Below are positions 1-6,616 of a stretch of DNA of 32,000 bases, piece by piece (position 1 is the first letter of the stretch; each line of letters opens with the position of its first letter). A program made the position numbers and the translations under genes. The stretch covers positions 1,560,001-1,592,000 of the forward strand of contig NC_003551.1 in the NCBI RefSeq assembly GCF_000007185.1, written 5' to 3'. The notes under the pieces were generated by a model. That model was not told where the DNA came from. It did no database searches and saw only the letters and a list, made by a program, of their open reading frames with translations. Source of the DNA: Methanopyrus kandleri AV19 (GTDB taxonomy: Archaea; JAADCQ01; Methanopyri; Methanopyrales; Methanopyraceae).

Positions 1-152
1 CCCTTGACCGGCCCCAGCTCGCGTATACGCTGTGGGAGCTCCCGAACCAGTCGCTGGACCCTCTCGGTCAGTTTCTCCTCTTTCTTCCTCTCCTTCTTTT
101 TCTCCTCCTTTTCCTTCTCCTTGCCTTCCTTCTCTCTGGATTCACTCCTCAC
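1..152 (-). CDS. hypothetical Lys/Glu-rich protein, N-terminal part only (continues past left edge)
   Basis: Not in the ORF track because no stop lies in the window. Hand translation of the minus strand gives V(GTG 152-150)RSESREKEGKEKEKEEKKKERKKEEKLTERVQRLVRELPQRIRELGPVKG... An in-frame TAA at 209-207 bounds it upstream, and GTG 152 is the only start codon in frame. The plus-strand ORFs here are S/F-rich antisense artefacts. Confidence 0.4.
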   Translation of the reverse strand, partial: MRSESREKEGKEKEKEEKKKERKKEEKLTERVQRLVRELPQRIRELGPVK

Positions 153-240
153 CGTATCGTCCTTCCGCTCCTCATCCGAACGTTCTTCCTCGCTCTTACC
201 CTTCAGTTAAACACCCCCGAGCGGCCTGATTGAGGCGATA

Positions 241-254
241 GTTATTTATATTAT
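241..254. promoter_or_regulatory. A/T-rich TATA-like block shared by the tRNA-Tyr gene and the divergent minus-strand gene
   Basis: GTTATTTATATTAT is the only A/T block between GTG 152 (minus) and the tRNA 5' end at 286. The TTTATATT centre lies ~37 nt upstream of tRNA position 1. The reverse complement ATAATATAAATAAC is equally TATA-like for the minus-strand unit. Confidence 0.45.
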
Positions 255-285
255 CGGCCGGTGTCCCGGTGCGAGGGGTGCGGGA

Positions 286-363
286 CCGGCCGCAGCTCAG
301 TCTGGCTAGAGCGCGGGACTGTAGATCCCGTGGTCCCGGGTTCAAATCCCGGCGGCCGGACCA
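286..363 (+). tRNA. tRNA-Tyr (anticodon GTA), genomically encoded CCA
   Basis: Hand-folded cloverleaf:
- acceptor CCGGCCG (286-292) pairs with CGGCCGG (353-359);
- D arm GCTC/GAGC;
- anticodon stem CGGGA/TCCCG with loop CTGTAGA (GTA at 321-323);
- variable loop TGGTC;
- T arm CCGGG-TTCAAAT-CCCGG;
- discriminator A360 and CCA 361-363.
The C1:G72 pair is as expected for archaeal tRNA-Tyr. Confidence 0.93.
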
Positions 364-496
364 AGCTGAAAATCGTTACAAAATCCATAACGAATCCGGG
401 CCGCCCGGCGTCGTACCTCCGATACTACCCACCTCGGTACCGTTCCAAAGTCCATGACGATACGCGGCGGGAGCGAGCTCGCCCACTTTCGCTGAG

Positions 497-504
497 TTTT
501 TAGG
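497..504 (+). promoter_or_regulatory. putative TATA box (TTTTTAGG) for the downstream hydrolase gene
   Basis: TTTTTAGG lies ~41 nt upstream of ATG 542. The same TTTTTA(G/C)(G/C) box recurs at a similar distance before rps8e (3060) and the CAP-domain gene (16942). The T-run could alternatively terminate the tRNA transcript. Confidence 0.35.
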
Positions 505-541
505 GAGGTGTTTGAGACGACTCGTAGCGGGGGGTAAGCCC

Positions 542-1234
542 ATGAGGATAACGTGGCTGGGTCATGCGGCGTTCGAAGTGGAAATCGACGGAGTCAACGT
601 GCTCATCGACCCGTTCTTAAGTGGGAATCCGAAGGCGGCCAAGTCACCGGACGAGGTGGATCCGGACCTTGTCCTCGTGACTCACGGTCACGGCGATCAC
701 CTGGGTGACGCCGTCGAGATCTGCAAGCGCACTGGAGCTACGCTGGTCGGGATCTACGAGATCGCCGTGTACGCCCAGGGACAGGGCGTCGAGAACGTGG
801 AGGAGATGAACATCGGCGGCACCATCGAGGTGGAGGGACTGGAGATCACCCAGGTGCCGGCGTGGCACTCCTCGGAGATCGTCGAAGACGGGGAGATAGT
901 CGCCGGCGGCACCCCGGTGGGTTACGTGGTATCAGGTGAGGAAGGGTCGGTTTACCACGCGGGCGACACCGGCCTGTCCATGGACATGAAGCTCATCGGT
1001 GAGCTCTACGAGCCGGAGGTGGCACTGTTACCGATAGGCAGCAGGTTCACCATGGGACCCAAGGAGGCCGCTAAGGCCGTGGAGCTGATCGAGCCGGAGG
1101 TGGCGATACCGATGCACTACGGGACCTTCCCGCCGATCGAGCAGGATCCCGAGGAATTCAAACGGGAGGTGGAGGAACTCGGACTGGACGTGGAAGTCGT
1201 GATCCTGGAGCCGGGAGAGTCGTACGAAAGGTAG
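542..1234 (+). CDS. metal-dependent hydrolase, beta-lactamase (MBL) fold, UPF0173-like
   Basis: MRITWLGHAAFEVEIDG..., HxHxDH motif THGHGDHLGD, and C-terminal PMHYGTFP. ATG 542 is preceded by GGGGGGT. The TTG at 512 in the track is probably an over-extension. Confidence 0.85.
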   Translation: MRITWLGHAAFEVEIDGVNVLIDPFLSGNPKAAKSPDEVDPDLVLVTHGHGDHLGDAVEICKRTGATLVGIYEIAVYAQGQGVENVEEMNIGGTIEVEGLEITQVPAWHSSEIVEDGEIVAGGTPVGYVVSGEEGSVYHAGDTGLSMDMKLIGELYEPEVALLPIGSRFTMGPKEAAKAVELIEPEVAIPMHYGTFPPIEQDPEEFKREVEELGLDVEVVILEPGESYER

Positions 1235-1291
1235 GGATGACGAGCACCTTTCCAACCGAGTGGTGAGGACCGCCGTCGGGCCCGACCTCCC

Positions 1292-2041
1292 TCACTCTAC
1301 TTTCACGACTTCACGGTTGATCAGCTCGACGAACCGCGCCGCTACGAACCCCGTCACACACGCTGCGATCACCACGCCCAGGAACCCAGTACCGAGGTAC
1401 GGCAAGAGTAACGAGGACACCAGGCCCGCCAAAACGAGGAGAGTCAGAGAAACGGCCACGGGTACCGTGACTCTCCTCGGGTGATCGAGCGCGTCGTCGG
1501 CCAGTCCCAGGAGGCCGACACGCCACGGCAGCAGGCATCCGGCGGCCCCTGAAACCGCGATGGCTGGAGGAAGGAGTTTCACGACACGCTTGGGATACGC
1601 GAGCGCTTCTATTCCGAGCAGAACCACCGAAGCCGCTCCGCAGAGCGCACACAACGTCGTTACTCTACGGATCACCTCGGGCTCCGGTCGAACGTCGTCT
1701 ATGGTGGTCACACGTAGGGCCCCTCTTAGTGCCCAGTTGAGCTTGTGGCGGACCTTCGGGTCCTCGACGTCCTCCACGATCCTGTCGATGAGGTTCCGCT
1801 CCATGTCCTTCGCCACACTCTCGTCCCCTCGAATCAGTATCCACAACCTGTTGATACGACGGAAGATCCCTACGGAGCGCCTGTAACCGTACGCTCGGAT
1901 CTCTTTCACCTCAGCGTCCTCCGGTACGGCCGCGCTCAGCTCTTCCTCCAACCTGCCGAGCTCGGGCCCGTGCTCCGACAGTTCGGTCTTGATCGCTCGC
2001 CAAACTCTTCGAGCTCCTTCTGACGGGCTCACGCGCAACAT
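1292..2041 (-). CDS. hypothetical membrane protein (soluble N-terminal domain plus C-terminal TM helices)
   Basis: A 249-251 codon ORF. The C-terminal half has hydrophobic segments (LCALCGAASVVLLGIEALA, VPVAVSLTLLVLAGLVSSLLL, GFLGVVIAACVTGFVAA). ATG 2041-2039 overlaps the hypE stop TGA 2043-2041 (TGATG) and is preceded by GGGTG. No family recognised. Confidence 0.55.
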   Translation of the reverse strand: MLRVSPSEGARRVWRAIKTELSEHGPELGRLEEELSAAVPEDAEVKEIRAYGYRRSVGIFRRINRLWILIRGDESVAKDMERNLIDRIVEDVEDPKVRHKLNWALRGALRVTTIDDVRPEPEVIRRVTTLCALCGAASVVLLGIEALAYPKRVVKLLPPAIAVSGAAGCLLPWRVGLLGLADDALDHPRRVTVPVAVSLTLLVLAGLVSSLLLPYLGTGFLGVVIAACVTGFVAARFVELINREVVKVE

Positions 2042-3039
2042 CAGCACACCCGTGGTACCGGATCTCCGACGGGCTTTTCCACTATTCTCCGGCCACCGAC
2101 TTCGGTTTCCATCTCGACGCGTGGTGTGCCCTCTTCCACGACTCCTATCACCTCGGCGTTTTTGCCGACCTCGGTGGAGCGGATAGCGTCGAGCACGTCA
2201 TCGACCATATCCGGACGGACTCCCATGACGACTTTGCCCTCGTTCGCCACCTCCAGAGGATTGACACCCAGCATCTCCGAGAGCACTCGGACCTCCTCTC
2301 GAATTGGGATCCGCTCCTCCTCGATTACGATCCGTACACCCGACTTCTCCGCCATCTCGTTCAGAGCTCCGGCGAGGCCTCCTCGGGTGGGATCCTTCAT
2401 CGAAGTGACTCCACCGACCTCGAGCGCTGCGTTGACGGCTTCCCACACCGGAGCCACGTCGGATTCGAGATCCGTATCCAATCCCTGCTGGGCCGCCAGG
2501 ATCGCCATCCCATGGTCTCCTACCGTACCCGTGATGACGATCTTATCACCGGGCCTGAGACCACAGTCTCGGACAAGTTCGACGATCTCACCCACACCGG
2601 TCATGGTGACGACGATATCGACGTCCCCCGTGTTTCCGACCTTAGTGTCGCCGGTGATCAGATGAGCGCCCAACTCGCTCAGTACCCCGTCGATTGAACG
2701 GTACACACGCTTCAGATCGTCGATGGGGAATCCCTCGCGCACTACGATGGAGCACGCGAAGGCTACGGGCTTCGCGCCCATAACGGCGAGGTCGTTGGCC
2801 GTGCCCGCGGCCGCGAGTTTACCCACGTTCCCTCCGGGGAAAAACGGTGGGTCTACGATGTGCGCGTCGGTCGTCATCACCATTTCACCGTCGACGGAAG
2901 GGAACGTCGCCCCGTCGTCGAGGTCATCCAGCGTAACCGACCCTTCGCCGCGCATCGTCAGGTTGGGCAGCAGCTCCTCCTTGATCAGGGACTCCATGAG
3001 CTCTCCACCGGCCCCGTGTTCGCGGCGTACTTTACTCAC
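2041..3039 (-). CDS. hypE: hydrogenase maturation protein HypE (PurM-like carbamoyl dehydratase)
   Basis: Carries the N-terminal HGAGG motif, the PurM-superfamily core (DDGATF..., GTANDLAVMGAKP) and the characteristic C-terminal PRVC. Start placed at GTG 3039 so the conserved REHGAGG is included. The 103 extra codons in the ORF track run antisense through rps8e. Confidence 0.9.
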   Translation of the reverse strand: MSKVRREHGAGGELMESLIKEELLPNLTMRGEGSVTLDDLDDGATFPSVDGEMVMTTDAHIVDPPFFPGGNVGKLAAAGTANDLAVMGAKPVAFACSIVVREGFPIDDLKRVYRSIDGVLSELGAHLITGDTKVGNTGDVDIVVTMTGVGEIVELVRDCGLRPGDKIVITGTVGDHGMAILAAQQGLDTDLESDVAPVWEAVNAALEVGGVTSMKDPTRGGLAGALNEMAEKSGVRIVIEEERIPIREEVRVLSEMLGVNPLEVANEGKVVMGVRPDMVDDVLDAIRSTEVGKNAEVIGVVEEGTPRVEMETEVGGRRIVEKPVGDPVPRVC

Positions 3040-3058
3040 GTCCGTATTCCCCCGCCAG

Positions 3059-3084
3059 CTTTTTACGGCCGGGTAGACCGGCCG
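3059..3084. promoter_or_regulatory. shared A/T box (CTTTTTACG) plus 7-bp inverted repeat in the hypE/rps8e divergent spacer
   Basis: TTTTT 3060-3064 is the only A/T block in the 61-nt spacer. It is followed directly by CGGCCGG (3066-3072) gtaga CCGGCCG (3078-3084), a perfect inverted repeat between the box and the rps8e start. Confidence 0.35.
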
Positions 3085-3100
3085 ACCCGGGGGGTTCAGC

Positions 3101-3502
3101 TTGGGTGTATGGCACGGACGCTCACTACGTAAGCCGACCGGAGGAAGGATCCGGCCGCACCGGAAGAAGCGGAAGTTCGAAATGGGTAATCCTCCCACGG
3201 AGACGCTGGTAGGGGAAGAGCGGAAACTCAAGGAGCGACGCGGCATGGGTGGTAACGTCAAGAAGGGCCTCAAGTTCGCGACGCACGCCAACGTCGCCGA
3301 CCCGGAAACGGGTGAGGTGAAGTGCGTAAGGATCGAGGAAGTCGTCAAGAACCCAGCGTCCCAGTACTACGAGCGTCACGGAGTGATCACTAAGGGAGCG
3401 ATCATTCGGACGGAGATCGGGCTCGCGAAGGTCACGAATCGACCGGGTCAGGAACCCGTCGTTAACGCGGTCCTCATCAAGGAGGAAGAGGAAGAAGGTT
3501 AA
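3101..3502 (+). CDS. rps8e: 30S ribosomal protein S8e
   Basis: (M)[28 protein letters not shown]... is the typical S8e N-terminus. TTG start at 3101 with GGGGGGT 6 nt upstream. Acidic EEEEEG tail. Confidence 0.93.
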   Translation: MGVWHGRSLRKPTGGRIRPHRKKRKFEMGNPPTETLVGEERKLKERRGMGGNVKKGLKFATHANVADPETGEVKCVRIEEVVKNPASQYYERHGVITKGAIIRTEIGLAKVTNRPGQEPVVNAVLIKEEEEEG

Positions 3503-4155
3503 GGGAGCAGTCTCTCGGCGAGTTCCGCCATCCCTTCTCCCGTCTTGATGCTCGTGAGGTATACTTCGAGGTCCGGATTTATCTCCTTAGCCGTACGGAC
3601 CATCGTCTCCGGAGAGACACCGCAGGCGTCTGCCAGATCGATCTTATTAACGACCAACACGTCGCCTTTCCGGATCATCATCGGATGCTTGCCGATGACG
3701 TCCTCACCCTCCGTTGCCGAGACCACGATAACGCGTAGGTGGGCGCCGATAGGGAAATCGGCTGGGCATACGAGGTTTCCCACGTTTTCTATGAACAGCA
3801 CGTCCACCTCGTTCAGGTCCGTCAGTTCCTCGAGATGCTCTAAACCGTGTTGTACCATATGAGCGTCCAGATGGCACTCACGACCCGTGTTGAGACCTAC
3901 TGTCGGCACCCCTAGGTCCTTGAACCTGCGCTCGTCGTATTCGCTCACCACGTCTCCTGCGATGACCGCGAAGGAGTACTCGTCCCCGTATTCCTTCACG
4001 ATCCACTCGATGAGCGAGGTCTTTCCGGAACCGATAGATCCCAGTACCTCCACTGCCCGGACGTTGTGCTCGTCCAGTGTTTCCCGAACCTCGCGGGCTA
4101 AGTTACGGTTGACCTCGAGCAGATCTTCGGAGACGTCGACTTCAACCTTGTGCAT
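3499..4155 (-). CDS. hypB: hydrogenase nickel-incorporation GTPase HypB
   Basis: P-loop [20 protein letters not shown] motif, and NKIDL (G4). Start taken at ATG 4155 (MHKVEVD...). This overlaps the hypA 3' end by 14 nt. Confidence 0.92.
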   Translation of the reverse strand: MHKVEVDVSEDLLEVNRNLAREVRETLDEHNVRAVEVLGSIGSGKTSLIEWIVKEYGDEYSFAVIAGDVVSEYDERRFKDLGVPTVGLNTGRECHLDAHMVQHGLEHLEELTDLNEVDVLFIENVGNLVCPADFPIGAHLRVIVVSATEGEDVIGKHPMMIRKGDVLVVNKIDLADACGVSPETMVRTAKEINPDLEVYLTSIKTGEGMAELAERLLP

Positions 4156-4570
4156 GCTGCTCACCCGGCACCTCAAGCCGTACGGACTCGATCGAGCAGG
4201 CATCCCCACCGTCCAGCTTCACCGCTCGGGAACCACATTTCGGGCATTTAAGATCCAGCAGTTCGGTCAACTCGGACAGGTCGAACGCGGTATGCAGCGA
4301 AGGATCCTTTAGACTTTCGTCCTCCGGGCGCCATCTGTGCCCGCATTCCGCACACTTGAAGTACCCACGTTCGATCTCGATCTCGAACTTCGCCCCCTCT
4401 ACGGGCGTTCCTTCTGCGAGCACTTCCAGACAGAACCGTAGTTGCTCCGGATTCAGTAGCGTGAATTCACCTATCCGGAGTCGGACCGAGAGCACCCTTT
4501 CGGCACCTCGCTTTCGCGCGACATCTAACACGGTTTCGAGTACGGATTGAGCCACACTCAGCTCGTGCAA
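4142..4570 (-). CDS. hypA: hydrogenase nickel-insertion protein HypA
   Basis: TTG 4570 translated as Met gives the conserved N-terminal MHE nickel-binding motif (M)HELSVAQS. Zinc-site pairs CAECG ... CPKCG are present. GAGGGTGG lies upstream. The longer track ORF (to 5026) is antisense to cobA. Confidence 0.88.
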   Translation of the reverse strand: MHELSVAQSVLETVLDVARKRGAERVLSVRLRIGEFTLLNPEQLRFCLEVLAEGTPVEGAKFEIEIERGYFKCAECGHRWRPEDESLKDPSLHTAFDLSELTELLDLKCPKCGSRAVKLDGGDACSIESVRLEVPGEQHAQG

Positions 4571-4587
4571 GCGGACCCCACCCTCGG

Positions 4588-4597
4588 AACTTAAAGC
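4588..4597. promoter_or_regulatory. single A/T box (AACTTAAAGC) in the hypA/cobA divergent spacer
   Basis: The only A/T-rich element in the 58-nt spacer. It lies ~36 nt upstream of the cobA GTG 4629 and ~23 nt upstream of the hypA TTG 4570. Confidence 0.3.
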
Positions 4598-4628
4598 ACG
4601 ATCAGGTCCGTGGTCCGGGGGATGAGGA

Positions 4629-5369
4629 GTGGCCGGTAAGCTCGTACTAGTAGGAGCGGGACCCGGAGACCCGGAGCTGCTCACCTTTAAGGCGGCTCGG
4701 GCCATCTCGCGAGGCGACGTGATACTCAAGGACCGGCTGGTACCGGATGAGATAATCAAGGAACACGCGCCGGAGGACGCCGAAGTCATAGACGTAGGGA
4801 AGAAACCCGGGGGCGAAGGGTGGACCCAGGAGGAGATCAACGAGCTCATAGTTCGGGAAGGGTCCAAGGGCAAGACCGTTGTCCGCGTGAAGAGCGGAGA
4901 CCCGTTGATATTCGGTCGTGGGGCGGAGGAGATAGAGGTGGCCTTGAAGCACGGAATGGATGTCGAGGTCGTGCCGGGGGTAACCTCGGCCATCGGTGTA
5001 CCGACGTCCCTAGGACTCCCTCTCACTCATCGAAAGTGCGCTTCAAGCTTCGCCGTCGCCACGGGACATGAGGATCCCTCGAAACCCGAAAACCGCGTTG
5101 ATTTCGGCGCTCTGGCCGAGGCCGCGGACACCCTGGTGGTACTGATGGGGGCCCGACGCCTTCGGGAAATAGCCCGAGAGATCCTGGAAAAGCGGGGGAA
5201 CGAGCCCGTCGCTATACTGGAGCGAGGAACTACCGAGCAAGAGCGTGTCAAGGTAGGGACGCTGGAGGACGCGGCGGAAGGCAAGCTGAAAGCCCGTCCC
5301 CCCGCCGTTGTCGTGGTGGGAGAGGTCGTCAAGTGGTGGAGGGAGGTACTGGGTAGGGAGACGCGTTGA
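4629..5369 (+). CDS. cobA: uroporphyrinogen-III C-methyltransferase (SUMT)
   Basis: LVLVGAGPGDPELLT, SGDPLIFGRG, VVPGVTSA and ATGHE motifs of class III tetrapyrrole methylases. GTG start 4629 is preceded by GGGGGATGAGGA. Confidence 0.88.
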   Translation: MAGKLVLVGAGPGDPELLTFKAARAISRGDVILKDRLVPDEIIKEHAPEDAEVIDVGKKPGGEGWTQEEINELIVREGSKGKTVVRVKSGDPLIFGRGAEEIEVALKHGMDVEVVPGVTSAIGVPTSLGLPLTHRKCASSFAVATGHEDPSKPENRVDFGALAEAADTLVVLMGARRLREIAREILEKRGNEPVAILERGTTEQERVKVGTLEDAAEGKLKARPPAVVVVGEVVKWWREVLGRETR

Positions 5370-6616
5370 AGGCGAAGGTTCGAACGTTCAGATACCTTTG
5401 GCACTTACTACGCGACGTGATCAGCGTACCGACCGTGAAGTACGCGGTCGCATACGTAGCGGCGCTCCTATGCCTGGGTACCCTCGGATACTGGACACTC
5501 GAAGGACGGTCGCCTGTCGACGCGTTCTACACCACGGTCCTGATCCTAACCGGGGTCGGATGCGCCAATCCACCCACGACACCCGCGGGTGAGATCTTCA
5601 CGGTAGGCCTCCTAGCCGTGGGTCTCGGGGCGCTCATTCACATCATTTCGAGGGTATTTGCCGCACTTCTGCGGGGAGACGTTCTGTTGCGCATCAAAGA
5701 GAGTGACGCGATGGCACGGATAGAGCGCATGCGCGATCACGTAGTGATATGTGGGTACGGCAAGAAGGGTCGTGAGATAGCCCGCAACTTAGGGGAGCAC
5801 GGGTTCGAGGTCGTGGTTGTGGACAAAGACCCGGAAAAGTGCGATCGGGCCTTCCGTGACGGCCACTTGGCGGTGCAAGGCGACGTGACCTCGGAAGAGA
5901 CGCTACTGAAGGCCGGGGTGGAACGCGCGCAGGCCGTGGCACTGGTCACCGATTCCGACGAAACTAACGTCTTCGCCTGTGTGCTGGTTCGCGACCTTAA
6001 CCCGGACGCGTGGATAGTGGCGGCGGCTCGGTCCAAGACCGGTGCAAGGACCCTGCTACGTGCCGGGGCCGACGAGGTGGTGAGGGTGTACGAGGCGGCG
6101 GGGATAGTCATAGCCAATAGGTTGATGGACCCTCTGTCGTTCCTGGTGACGGTGAGGCATCCGCTGGAAGACACCTTCCGAGAGTTCCGTGAGATCATAA
6201 GACACGGCGGAATAGTCGTCGACGTCCGGTACCACATCCCCTCGTTACCGGAGCCGTTGGTGAAGGACCTCTGGGTGGAGGATGAGAGCGACGTGAAACG
6301 GCGCCTGGAAATGCACGAAGACTCGGAGACTAGAGAGGCCCTGGAGAGGCTTCATAGGATGTCGGACGACGTTCATTCTCACCGTATCATAGTTCGGCGG
6401 GAAGAGGACAAGGAAAAGATCGTGGAGGCACTTCGGAGGCTCGTTCCTGATCGGAGTCGACATGACTCACAAAGAGGTTTTGAAGGAGGTGTTCGGAGTG
6501 GAGGCGTGAGTTTCACGCCTCGATTACCCGGAGCGCCGTCTTCGCTACGGCTTCCACGGTGTGTTCTTCGGCCTCCACGACCTTCAAGCCGGCTCTTCGG
6601 AGCTCCTTGGTGGTGA
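5366..6616 (+). CDS. two-TM pore ion channel with RCK/TrkA-N domain (MthK-like architecture, non-canonical filter)
   Basis: Layout is TM1, pore helix, TM2, then a Rossmann RCK domain VVICGYGKKGREIARNL...VVVDKD. TTG start 5366 overlaps the cobA stop (TTGA). The 3' ~100 nt overlaps hemD convergently and encodes an R/P/S-rich tail, so the true C-terminus is uncertain. Confidence 0.75.
   Translation: MKAKVRTFRYLWHLLRDVISVPTVKYAVAYVAALLCLGTLGYWTLEGRSPVDAFYTTVLILTGVGCANPPTTPAGEIFTVGLLAVGLGALIHIISRVFAALLRGDVLLRIKESDAMARIERMRDHVVICGYGKKGREIARNLGEHGFEVVVVDKDPEKCDRAFRDGHLAVQGDVTSEETLLKAGVERAQAVALVTDSDETNVFACVLVRDLNPDAWIVAAARSKTGARTLLRAGADEVVRVYEAAGIVIANRLMDPLSFLVTVRHPLEDTFREFREIIRHGGIVVDVRYHIPSLPEPLVKDLWVEDESDVKRRLEMHEDSETREALERLHRMSDDVHSHRIIVRREEDKEKIVEALRRLVPDRSRHDSQRGFEGGVRSGGVSFTPRLPGAPSSLRLPRCVLRPPRPSSRLFGAPWW

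Noticed and set aside
453-494. Possible C/D-box sRNA downstream of the tRNA (ATGACGA ... CTGA followed by TTTTT).
   Set aside because: Box C has a mismatch (AUGACGA). Only 31 nt separate it from CUGA, too short for the C-D'-C'-D layout, and no internal boxes are present.
261-503. Plus-strand ORFs 261-503 and 269-457.
   Set aside because: They overlap the tRNA-Tyr gene and its trailer, are R/P/G-rich, and have no SD. They are artefacts of the lack of stop codons in GC-rich DNA.
3040-3348. The 103-codon N-terminal extension of the hypE ORF (track ORF 2041-3348).
   Set aside because: It runs antisense through rps8e and is P/S/R-rich. The conserved HypE N-terminus (HGAGG) begins right after GTG 3039, giving a normal ~332-aa HypE.
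4571-5026. The long N-terminal extension of the hypA ORF (track ORF 4142-5026).
   Set aside because: It is antisense to cobA with S/P/T-rich low-complexity sequence. TTG 4570 yields the conserved MHE N-terminus and a normal 142-aa HypA.
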